A DNA stretch of 58,631 nucleotides, counting the filler, from Catajapyx aquilonaris (taxonomy: Eukaryota): assembly GCA_000934665.2 (NCBI GenBank). It is 3 parts of 3 records of this genome, joined end to end, with 100 filler letters (N's around TTAATTAATTAA, not from the genome) between each part and the next. Parts side by side here need not be neighbours in the genome. Positions count along the whole stretch, not along the records: positions 1 to 19,498 come from KZ539539.1; positions 19,599 to 39,079 come from JYFJ02006454.1; 1 more part is not named here. The stretch is one strand, 5' to 3'. Positions 12,986-24,033 of this stretch are shown here, piece after piece (position 1 is the first letter of the stretch; each line of letters starts with the position of its first letter). The position numbers were made by a program, and so were the translations under genes. The notes under the pieces are model-generated. The model saw only the letters and a list, made by a program, of their open reading frames with translations, did not search any database and was not told the DNA's origin.

Positions 12986-13400
12986 AATCGCTCTCACGAA
13001 TCTGTCATGACGTGTTTTCCACCGAACTCTGCTCAACAAGATGCCAATGTCGACTAAGATTAACATTCCCGCGAGTCCGACCACCTTGACGAATTTACAA
13101 TGCCGCATTTCAGTTTTTTGTCTCCCCTGTAAAATTTTGTCTCATGGACTTATGACCTTTCCATTCTGGGTCATTCAATTGTAAAAATGGTTTCATGCTT
13201 CAATTAAATATGGAAGAAAACATAAATTGCATGAGAGGGGAGAAAGTATGGGTGAATATGAATAATATGAAGTAACTAGTGGCAATATATTGATGAATTA
13301 CAAAGGGATGCTGATCGGTGACATGAGAAAAGTCATGTGCTATATGAAAAGTTTCAGCGAAGTATTCACCAGTCTCGGGCATTATCTAATACATGATAAC

Positions 13401-13763
13401 GGGGGAGTTGTGGCCGAGATAGTAATGTCTCGGCTTGCTGAGTGAAAGGTCCCAGGTTCGATCCCTGCCTGGGGGCTCCCTTTCACCTGCGTCGGGAGGG
13501 TCACTGACCCGCACCTTGGAGGTGTCTGGCAACCTAACCTCCTGGAGAACTGCACATGGCCCAAATGTTTCAGACATTGCACCTGCACAAGTGTCCCCTC
13601 CCCAACAATCCCTATCCCTACCCTACATCCTGAAGTCCTCACGGTGATTGAAGAAAAACAAGTTTGAAAAGTGATGGTGGTGTGCCACCCCCCTATAACG
13701 ACTTATAGTTGTATCACAGGGTAAAATAAATATATATATATTTTAAATAATAATAATAATATT
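13401..13763 (+). mobile_element. tRNA-derived SINE (family 2)
   Basis: A-box-like TGGCCGAGATAG, B-box GGTTCGATCCC, an AT-rich (TA)n/(TAA)n tail, and TSD ATGATAAC at 13393-13400 and 13764-13771. Confidence 0.8.
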
Positions 13764-14525
13764 ATGATAACAGAGGAGGCAGGAGACTCAACATGGCATT
13801 GGGAGGAATTCTTGTCGTGTGCATTGGCTTGAGGGTCAAATCTCAAAAGAAAGATTTCAGTTCATAATTGCGAGCTGCAAGAAAATGTAGTGTATCTCCA
13901 CCTTCAATGCTAGCAATAGAAGAAAAAAGACTGCTTCACCTTGGTAGTACTAATCCGTAATAACTCCCTGATATGCGACTGATGTAAACATCCCTTTATC
14001 CTTATCTTGTTATCTACCCTCTAATCCAGGTGTCACTTAGATCCCAGTCTTCGTGCAACATTCAAGACAAAGAAAAAACTGCCTTATTACTTCTTTTTCT
14101 CTACCAGTATTGATTGCTACTTGTCAGAGGATAATGATAGTGTCAAAATCAACTGGGTTATAGTAATTTGTGTAGACCACCGTAATATTTTGGGAGAGTA
14201 ATGTGAAGTGCATTATTGTGTTTGCCTACTAGTGGTGAAGACAAGGATGGCCAATAGTGAGTTTCTTCATTAAGCAAGGGTAAGTTGACAGCCTTCAGCA
14301 TCTTCACATGATACTGGTTTAAATGGAGTGTCAGCAGGTCTTAGATTCCTTTCATTTCTAAGCTGAAATACACTGCAATAACCAATATTGAATTTGTTAC
14401 ATAACTTCATGTGGTGAAAATCTGCTATTAGACCAACCAGATCTGATCAATCTAGCAGCACTCTAAACATGGACTTCTTATAACATTTAAGCCTTTTATG
14501 GGGTTTATAGTGTAGGAAATGTCTT

Positions 14526-14627
14526 GGGGTGGAATTTTCGTCCCACTGCTAGTTACTGCTAATTTAGCAGTACCAGTGTTGGGGATAAGTTAGCAGTAAC
14601 TAGCAGTGGGCCGAAAATTCCGCCTCG
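14526..14627. repeat. Short inverted repeat / mini-MITE
   Basis: GGAATTTTCGTCCCACTGCTAGTTACTGCTAA...TTAGCAGTAACTAGCAGTGGGCCGAAAATTCC. Confidence 0.65.
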
Positions 14628-15018
14628 TAATGATACAGGTAGCTTAAAACTAATATTTTGTTAATTATTAGCATCCGAGATCCCTCTGCAACTGGCTCAC
14701 AACAAAATGATTTCTGTAGGCACTTTGCCTACTTATCACACCTCGTTGATGAAGGTATAGACTTCTCTCTGCCAACCTCTTGAAAGGGTGTGATCGTCAA
14801 GAAGCATTTCGCATTTTGTCCACAAATGGTCTTGCCTACAAGTCAAATAATATTCAGAAAAGCTTATGACAGTATCAATATTTCAATACCAAAATAAACC
14901 ATTTTCCTTCTGTAACACTACAGTTGCTTATCTCTTTACTTCATAAAATACTAATACATCATGCAGTTGCTTTTAAATGTATTATGGCAATGTATCGGTG
15001 CTTCTTTTTTTTGGCAGG

Positions 15019-17841
15019 ATGTGGGAGTCAAGTGACGAAGTTTTTCTTATGGAAGCAGTTCCCTGCTGTGCAACAAATCCAGTCCAGTTTGATATTGGCA
15101 AAGGACTATCACTGGAGGACAACAAGAATCCTGGAAGTTGGCAGAATATTTTGCAGTGCATATCCAAACAGAGCACTGTGGGGCTACCCTCAGATACAGA
15201 CATTGAGAACTTCTTAGCAGAATTGTAATAAAATTTTGTTAATTTATTTTTAAGTTACAAATATTATTCAAAATTTGATAAGCATTACATTTCGTCACAA
15301 ATATTGCCTTACTACCTGATGTTAAAATGATTACAATAAGATAAACAGGGATTTGAATAACTTCCTTTGCTTTAATAGGTCAGAGAAAAATGAGGGAAAA
15401 AACCCTCATGGTACATCACTCTCAAATATGGTAAATATGTCAATATTATGCCAGATAATATTATGCAATGTTTTATATAGTTGCCATTTTTGCAGCACGA
15501 TGGCTACATAGTGGACATGAGTGAGGAGTCCCAAAGACTGGCAACACAAGACAGCATACAAGGAAAATCTCACAGATGTTCTTCTGACATTCAAGAATTG
15601 AAGGACTCTGGTACAGAAGATAAACAGAGTCTGACACCTGATTCAGCACTACTGCGATGTGGTTCAAGACATGGCTCAGTTTCACATAATCAGGAAGATC
15701 ATTTAGGCCCTGATTACCATGTGACTCCTTTGGAGGAACATGATCAGGCTCATGCACTTTTGGAAGAAGGAAAATATGCTGAGGCGATCAAGGCTTATGA
15801 GGAGGTCTTTAAAAAACAGTTAAGCACTTTAGGTTCAAATCACTTGGACACATTGAGGACGAATCATAACATGGGTGTTGCACTTTTGAAACTAGGAAAG
15901 TACAACAAAGCATTAGAAGTGTTTCAGAACGTCTTAAAGCAACAAGCAGAAAATGTTACAGCAGGTCATCCTGACATTTTAAAAACAAAACATAGCATTG
16001 CATTCACACTTCATAAGACTGGAAAATATGCAGAAGCATTACTAAAATATGAACAAGTTCTCAAAGAACAGGTACAAAATATTGGTGATAATCATCCAGA
16101 CACAATAAGGACTAAGCAAAACAGAGCTGTTGCACTCCATGACCAGGGTGATTATGTTCAAGCATTGAGATATTTTGGGGAGGTGTTAGAGCAACAAGAA
16201 CAGAATTTACCAGATGATCACCCAAATGTATTGAACACAAAGTGCAAATTTGCTGGTGCACTTGCAAGCCAAGGCAAATACACAGCTGCATCAAGAGAAT
16301 ACAAGACAGTTTTGCAGAAGCAAAGCGCTATCTTAGGCTCCAACCATCCAGATATTTTAGAGACTTTACATGGCATGGCTACTGTACTGCAAGGAAAAGG
16401 GGAATATAATGAAGCATTAGATGCCTACAATAAGGTTTTTGTCAAGCAAATGGAGATGTTAGGTCCTGATCATCCTGACACTCTGAAAACCAAGCACAGC
16501 ATAGGTGATGCAACCTACGCATTAGGAAAGCTAGAAGATTCTCAAAAAACATTCAGAGGGGTGCTAGAAAATCAGAGTAAAATTTTAGGAGCAAATCATC
16601 CAGATACTTTGCGTACCAAATATAGCATAACCAGAGACAGCTTTGAGAGAGGAAACTATGACATGGCTTTAGATGCTTTTGAGGAGATTTTGAAAACTCA
16701 GATAGAAACTTTCAATAATAATGATCATGCAGATGTTCTACGGACAAAATGTAGCATAGCTGCAATACTTCATGCCAAAGGAAAGTATGATGAATCATTA
16801 ATTGATCATTTAAAAGTTTTGCAAAAACAAGAGGAACTTTTAGGTCCTATTCATCCTGATACTCTTCAGACACAGACTGGTGTAGCACTTGCTCTTCATG
16901 GCAGAGGTATTTACAATGAAGCACTGCATATTTATAAGCAGGTTTTAGAGAAGCAGCAAGACTTTTTGCGTCCCAATCATCCAGACACTCTCAGAACAAT
17001 GCTTAATATTGGTGTTATACTTCATGGCCAGGGAAAGTATGATGAAGCTTTAAACGCTTATACGTCTGTTTTAGAGAAACAGAAAGTGAACTTTGGGCTG
17101 GACCATCCAAAATATCTTACCACTAAACATAATATAGCCACTGCCCTTCTTGACCGAGGAAATACTGAAGAAGCTTCCGATGTTTTTAATGAAGTTTTGA
17201 TCAAACGGGAAGATGTACTAGGCCCTACTCATCCTGACACTCTGAACACAAAGTACAGTCTTGCCCTGGCATGTAGAAGTGACATAAAAGGCAAGGAAAG
17301 ATATCAGTTCTATAATGAGTTGTTAGATAGGCAGAAAGAAGTCTTAGGTATTGATCATGTAGTTACTTTAAGAACAATGCACAGCATTGCGGTACATCTT
17401 CACGAGGAAAAAAAGTATGATGAAGCATTAAGAGGATTTAATGAAGTTATAGAAAAACGGGAAGAAGTATTAGGTGCGTTTCATCCAGAGACTTTGAGAA
17501 CAAGGCATAGAATTGCCCTTACATTTGAGGGCCAAGGAAATTATAATGAAGCGTTGCATCATTATAAAATTACTGTACGTTACCAGACAAGAAGCTTGGG
17601 TGACAACCATCATGAAACTCTCCTGACAAAGCACAATATGGCCTTGGCACTCTCTGCCCAAGGCAAACAAAAGGAGGCTTTGGAAGTTCTGACAGATGTC
17701 TTGGAGCAGCAGGAAAAGAGTTTAGGTCATAACCACCCTCAGACTATGAAAACAAGGGAGAACAAAGACATTATATTTGAGAACAGCCAAGGTTTTTTGC
17801 CTCGACTTCTTGGACTACTGGGTCTAAACTTTTATAGATAA
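15019..17841 (+). CDS. Tetratricopeptide-repeat protein (nephrocystin-3/kinesin-light-chain-like 42-aa TPR array)
   Basis: Phase-consistent exons 15019-15224, 15379-15430 and 15496-17841. The final exon is a stop-free 2.3-kb frame with about 16 tandem 42-aa repeats (GKYxEALxxYxxVLxxQxxxLGxxHPDTLxT). Further upstream exons are possible. Confidence 0.85.
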
Positions 17842-19498
17842 TACATGTAAATAAGCGTGTGTGTGTGGAAACCTATTATGCAATGGTTAGACCAAGGTTA
17901 GACAAGCATTTTAATGGTAAGACTGTTGTCATAGGGTTTCAGTTGTTGTCCTTTGTGATAAATGAGTCTACATCTATCCGTCTAGGCTGTGTATAGTTTA
18001 GTAAATACTGTATATTTGACATCATTCTGTAATCATAAGAATGCTGTTGCTGTATATTGAGGTTGTGCAGTACTGTACATGTATAAGAAAGAACTGCTGT
18101 GATTTTAGACATATGTTACCATATTACCCTAATACCCTCCCTCAATAAGCCACATGCCAGTAAGATCAGGACTGACCAGATTTGAGAAAGCACACTTCTG
18201 GTGGCTGCACCAGCATGCCAATATTAATATGGGGTTGTCTGTGGTGTGGAATAGGGTTTTGTCCATATTTCACCTGTGAATAGCATTTTTTTAGCAGTAA
18301 AATTAAGGATAACACATTGCAGGTTTACATTCTCTTCCCTCATGATCATCACCAGTCAGGAATAGCTGCTGTAAATCACTTGCCAAATAGACTCCAAATA
18401 TAATAGTTCAGACTTCAAGGAACTGCAGAAATCAGTTTGCTAGCTCTAACTGAGATCTGTTACAGCCAAATACACAGGCCACATAATGGAAGTATATGCT
18501 GAGACCAGCCTTTCAAGTCTGTCATATAATAACCAAAAATGTTATAGCCAACTTCCCTGAGGATGTTATATCCAATCAACTGTAATGTGCCCTCCAATCC
18601 ACTCCAAGATCTAAGTCGACCAAGTCGACCGTGCTGGTCTAACAATTAGTAGCCAACAAGGTGTAAAGAGGGTTTTATAGGGTATGTTGGCATTGCACTT
18701 TTCTATCCCCTCCTGCCCTTGAAACTAAATTATGGGCAGTCCTACTTACAGCAAAACAATCTTTAATGTCCCTACAACCAGCAGGAAAGATTTGTTTGAA
18801 AAAAAATATGTACTGCAAATGCCTTAGAGGACCTCCTGAAGTAGGCTTGTACGATATAGGGTATATACAGAGAATAAAAATACATATGGATATGGTAATA
18901 ATGTTATGGTAAGTGAACCATTGTTTTAGAATTTGATTTATATAGTCAAGAGCTGATATAGTTCATACCTGCGCGCGTGATTTCGAAGGGACGGAGAAAA
19001 TAGTGAAAATTATCTCACTTTATCCCCCCCCNAGGATATCACGCAGCACATGCCGGCACATGCATTTGAATGACATTCAGAGTGTTATAGTGATACCAGC
19101 TCTTGGTGATATATTTGGTGTCGGTGTCTTGTTTGCTGCACATGGTGCACATGATTCCTACACGAAGTCATAAAATATGTCCACAATCTGCACTGCCTTG
19201 GGGGGTGTGACCCCGGCAGATATGTGGCTGAGCGCTGAGAACAGGTTGAACATGTGGATAAATTGTGGACTTTTGCCATCAAACCTCCCACCTGGTACAT
19301 GTGTCGCCATCTGCTGGCGGAGAGGTGAAGTTCTGGAGCCGGGGTATAGTACCTACAAGACCTAGTATGCCAACCGGCCTATGCCTCCAATGGAAAGCTC
19401 GCCCCCAAAAAAGTTGAAAATCCGCCAGGTGGCACTGCGATCGACAGGATTGCTACTCCCCTGCCTGCCGCTTATGGCGGGATGCCTGGACGCGGGCA

Positions 19499-19598
19499 NN
19501 NNNNNNNNNNNNNNNNNNNNNNNNNNNNNNNNNNNNNNNNNNTTAATTAATTAANNNNNNNNNNNNNNNNNNNNNNNNNNNNNNNNNNNNNNNNNNNN
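19499..19598. other. Artificial scaffold linker (44N-TTAATTAATTAA-44N)
   Basis: A 12-mer with stops in all six frames, centred in exactly 100 nt. An identical linker lies at 39080-39179. Confidence 0.95.
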
Positions 19599-19917
19599 CA
19601 AAGTCCCTGTTACAGGGTGAAAGATGTGCAAACTGTGACAGGAGTTATGAACCACTCCTTTTCTGGTGTCAGACACCCACTATCAACCTACTGTCCCGTA
19701 TTCTCTCCAGCCGCAGCAGCCAGCAGGACTACAACAGGCTCCGCGTCCTCCAACGGATCAACTGTGCCCGGATGCCATGCCACATCGCCCGACTGAACGC
19801 TGCCTTGTTCCGACGTACGATTCCATGATGTATGGTCGACGACTCAGCACGTCAGTGCCGATCACGGTGCTTGCCTTTTGGGCGCCCTTTTGCCTTAAAT
19901 AGAAGAGCAGGAACAGG

Positions 19918-20223
19918 ATGACATTAACCTGTGCTACTGGCGATAAACTCAAAACGTCTGGTTGTTACTGGTTCAATCTGACAATAGGTAGTCATAAACT
20001 ACAACACAACTTTTGGGTCTCTGACATTAACATTGGTACAGATATTGATGGTATTATTGGAGTCGATTTCTTAGACTATTATCACGTCAATATTGTGTTA
20101 TCAAAGAAAGCAATAGACATATCTGGAGACTTAATTCCGTTAGTAGGAGAGAAGATTCCTCAGAGTACTAGTATAGTAAGGTTGGATGGCAAATTTTCCC
20201 AGCATTTTTTTTTACAAGGTTAG
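19918..20223 (+). mobile_element. LTR retrotransposon (Ty3/Gypsy-like) aspartic protease fragment
   Basis: ...HNFWVSDINIGTDIDGIIGVDFLDYYHVNI resembles the C-terminal half (D-x-I-I-G-x-D-F-L) of retropepsins. Confidence 0.6.
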
Positions 20224-20374
20224 GTTCACCATTTTAACCTAAGTTTTGGACCAATGCCATTTTTCAAATATCCTTCACCGTAAGTAAATAATATATTATC
20301 CTTTTCACGAGCATGCCAAAAATTACATGTCATTACGACTGCATACATTAAAATTTTGCATGGGTGTGCAATCC

Positions 20375-21835
20375 CTTGAGGTTTCTGCTCTTACTATAAA
20401 TCGACACACAGTCTTCTAAAACATATAATGAATTCTCTCTGGCAAAATTTGTACTGAACATTCGTACAAGATACTAAATGGTCTAACAGGAACTGGATTG
20501 GATCACAATCGAATAATCCTCTGAGAAATCGTCTGGATTTCAATCTAGATCCCAATTTAATAGCCGCTTCTAGTTCTTTATTCTTAACCAGGTGAATCAA
20601 TTGTTTTCTCAGCCGGTTCTGAATCATACCATCCCCTGTTTGGTCTTTATAAAGAGCTACGCGGTAGGGATTGATTGGAAGTTTCTCACCGGGGCGATCT
20701 CTTCTGATATTACTACTAGCCTTCGAAAGGAGAGCTTGGGACAGGTCCGGATCAACTGGGATCAAGAACATGTAGAGTGATAACCATACTGTCAGAAGAT
20801 CATTTTCTCCCTTTGTTAGGTAGGATTGGTATTCCTCCAAACTCTTGAGGGTCCAGCAACATTAACAACAGAGATCTAGTTCTCAATTGCCTTATCTCGG
20901 GATGTGACAATTGGCAGTAATGAAGACATGACATAAATGAGACGATGGTGGGTTCCATATCCACACACAGACACACATTCAGCAAATACTCCCTTGATCA
21001 TTTCGAGAGGTGTCGGAATGAGCAGGTTTGACAATCCGTGCATTTTTGCCCCTTTCTTTAATGTTATTGCCACCCATGCTCCGTCTAGAAGATACACTTT
21101 CCCGAACCCCAGGAATCTTCGAGTCCAGTAAGTCTCTGTCAATCTGACCTTAAATCCAAATTGATCATGTAAGTGGTTGTTGAAAGTTTCTAAGTATGCC
21201 TTTGGATCATCTTGGATGTCATGTTTCTGCACACTGACAACAAGTCTTGAGATCATCTCCATTTGCCATCAGAAAAGCAGTAACTCCAGCCTGGTCACAG
21301 ACATAACGAGCAACTGATTCATAAATCCAAGTCCAAAATTTCTGGTTCAATCCCTCTATGCCTCCCTGTTGACCATCCCAAGAGTACATAGATGAAAAAT
21401 CAGACAAGAAAACCAGTGACCTGTTAAATACATGCATTATATGCTGGAATTGTTATTGATCAAAAATTCTGTCAAATATTAATCTTCCAACAGGCTCACA
21501 TAATTCATTCCGGAAACAGTTGTTCCAGGCATCAATGTCAATTGATGTAAAAAAAAAAAACACACGAAATAGTCATCTGATCTGTTTATCAGGCTATAAT
21601 AAGCGTTCATCTTCTCAAACTTGCTTAACTCATTGGTGGTCATTGCTTGTGATGGGTTGTACAAGTCCATAAGGGTAGACATGATCTAATATGCATCTGC
21701 GGGCTCTCTCAACGGCTGGTGATGATCCAAACATTCGTCCTTCCTGCTTTAATTATAATTCTTTTTGAGTCAATATAATCACAAAATAATCAATTGCTTC
21801 AGGATCTTCCAAGTGCAATTTGCTCAAAATACTTC
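20375..21835 (-). pseudogene. Endogenous viral element: chuvirus-like (Jingchuvirales) L protein RdRp core, frameshifted
   Basis: Motifs in order across frameshifts: QKEL*LKQEGRMFG (premotif), SIDIDAWNNCFRNE (A), YSWDGQQGGIEGLNQKFW (B), MANGDDL (C, with GDD as in chuviruses rather than the mononegaviral GDN), ETYW...FGK, KKGAKMHGLSN and LLDPQEFGGIPI. Confidence 0.85.
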
Positions 21836-21865
21836 CTGACGGCTTGATGAGGATATTTGGTCGTT

Positions 21866-22185
21866 AAAAATCAGGATTCTCTTGATCATATGCCTCCAAC
21901 AGCAGCGTGTGTAAGACGGCAGCCGTCACTTGGTGTGCCTCTCTTGCCTTTTTAACGTGTGTCACCTGCAATGAAAGGCTCTTTTAGCGGCGCCGTAACC
22001 ACACTTCAAAATAATAATTACTAAACCTAAAGGAACACTCACCTTGAGTAAGGCATCCGCTGCGCCACTCGTTGTGATTCCTGCGTTGACCACAATTGAT
22101 GTCCATCCACAACCCTCCATATAACTACCCAGGACGCGAAAAAAATTCATTTCAATATGCAGAGGCCCAAGCAGGAACATAAATT
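21866..22185 (-). mobile_element. Fragment of a large invertebrate DNA-transposon protein (superfamily uncertain), intron retained
   Basis: LGPLHIEMNFFRVLGSYMEGCGWTSIVVNAGITTSGAADALLK, then a GT-AG intron at 21966-22042, then VTHVKKAREAHQVTAAVL. This matches the widespread GxLHIEM...GSGW...HAHQVT transposon protein family. Confidence 0.65.
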
Positions 22186-23149
22186 GAATCGAGCAAAAGA
22201 AGAACAGCACATGTCACCAAATGCAACTTTTTCAGGAGAGACAAAAAAACTGATTACAGAGCTTACCGTTCACGACTGACAGTCCATACTTTCGGCTATA
22301 TTAGCAGACAGGCATACGCTTCCAGAAATGTAATTTGGTTCTCAATACATTAATTAACTATTGAGATAATGTAAGTTAAAATGTGGACTTGTGCTGTTCT
22401 TCCTTAGGTTTTCCTTGAATTTTATTAACAAAATTAGAACAATGTGTCAGAATTAGAACACATTTATTGTAAATCAAAACATGTGGTCAGGAAAAGACTC
22501 TGGTATAATTTATATTTTATAACATTCATTGGATCAAAGGATATTGAAAGAAGAATATGGTAGCTATATGCTTGATGAAATGTGAACTCCTACTGGAAAA
22601 GTTGTTTATTTTCCTGACTAAGAAAATATCATTACAGTATTTCAGTACCCTTGGACATTATAAACTTGAACATTCTCTTATTTAGAATGCTTCCATTTTT
22701 TTAGTTGTGTAGGCCTATAGTTTATTTTTAACTTGACTTATTAAAGACATTGTACCACCGACTTCCTGTACCATACAGCTAATTCATCCCAGATATGTAC
22801 AGAGCAATTTGCCTGCAGAATCTACAAATAGTAGTGAATCCACTTTTCGTTTTACTGATAATAAAGCAGATAACTGGATTGTCATTGACTGCAAATTAAT
22901 GTAATGGACAGAACTCACTACATGCTTTGTTGGGCAAGTTATACCAATTTATAGACCATCTCTACACATTATAGACAACATGTACATTGTAGTATAGCCT
23001 ACATACACATTCCGTCTTCATGGCATTATATCCCATGACAGGGTGGCCAGCGATGACCATCAGGTATCACACCTGGCCATATCACATGATGGCAATACAA
23101 TGAATCCACTGCTGTCTGCTCAGGTACACACATAATAGGTATGCATTAA

Positions 23150-23308
23150 GGCCATTTCACAAAAAAATGTCGCGCGGCAAACGGCGCGCGTTGCGGCAAA
23201 GTTATTATTTATATTTATTATTGCCAACAATTGGCAACAATAAATATAAATAAAAAATTTGCCGCAACGCGCGCCGTTTGCCGCGCGACATTTTTTTGTG
23301 AAATGGCC
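23150..23308. mobile_element. TTAA-flanked palindromic MITE
   Basis: TTAA-GGCCATTTCACAAAAAAATGTCGCGCGGC...GCCGCGCGACATTTTTTTGTGAAATGGCC-TTAA. Confidence 0.8.
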
Positions 23309-23312
23309 TTAA

Positions 23313-23715
23313 GTCACGTTTCGAGTGTCGTGTAAGTCACGAAAGAAATGATTTATTTCTTGTAAAATTAATAACATAACACCAAGTTCACAATAATATT
23401 TTAATTTGGGTTTTTGAAAATATCCGCACCCCAATAACACTAACATTCAAGGCATAAATGTGAAGAATTTTACATTCATATCTGAAGCCTCTTTTACCAG
23501 TGGCTTTCTTCTCGTGTAAGTCACAGATTACTTTATACATTTATATAACTCAAATGAAATGTGCAACTGTTAAAATCAAAACATTAACACTTAGATACAG
23601 GCTGCATATTTATGTTTAAACACCATTTCCTTAAATGCTACGTTTGTGCTTTAAAAAATTAAAAGTTAGGCATAAACTGAGTGACATGTCGTGTAAGTCA
23701 CACGTGGAATTAGCC
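23313..23715. mobile_element. DNA transposon terminal fragment with repeated CGTGTAAGTCAC motif
   Basis: The motif occurs at ~23329, ~23514 and ~23690, and the segment ends in GTGGAATTAGCC. Confidence 0.4.
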
Positions 23716-23771
23716 AAATATAATCTATTCTCCTTCATTCACGCCAACTTTCCTCTGTAGAGGTCAATGAG

Positions 23772-23940
23772 CTCTAGACATTATTTTGGCTGCGATACGA
23801 AAAAAATGCTCTCCTGAAAAATGTGTCACCTTGCAACTGGGCCCTTTTGCATATCCATGCTTCGATCTTTTTCGTTGTTTTGTTACCCTCCCTCGCGACC
23901 CCAAATATTATGATCGCGACCCACAGTTTGGGAAGCCCTG
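23772..23940. mobile_element. hAT-like terminal fragment
   Basis: Ends in ...CACAGTTTGGGAAGCCCTG, a CAGGGCTTCCCAAACTG-type hAT TIR. Confidence 0.45.
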
Positions 23941-24033
23941 CCCTAAAGAAATACCTTACCTCACAAATCATCCGGTCGAATTCTTTCTGAATCACTGCCA
24001 CTCCCTGCGGAATTTCCTCCGTTTGAATAATAG

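Noticed and set aside
13401..13478. Possible tRNA gene
   Set aside because: The cloverleaf is imperfect and continues into a body, AT-rich tail and TSD, so it is a SINE head. The same applies at 2197.
15481..15495. TTG start of the 786-aa ORF
   Set aside because: It lies in the polypyrimidine tract and acceptor (TTTTTGCAG). The real frame is entered by splicing at 15496.
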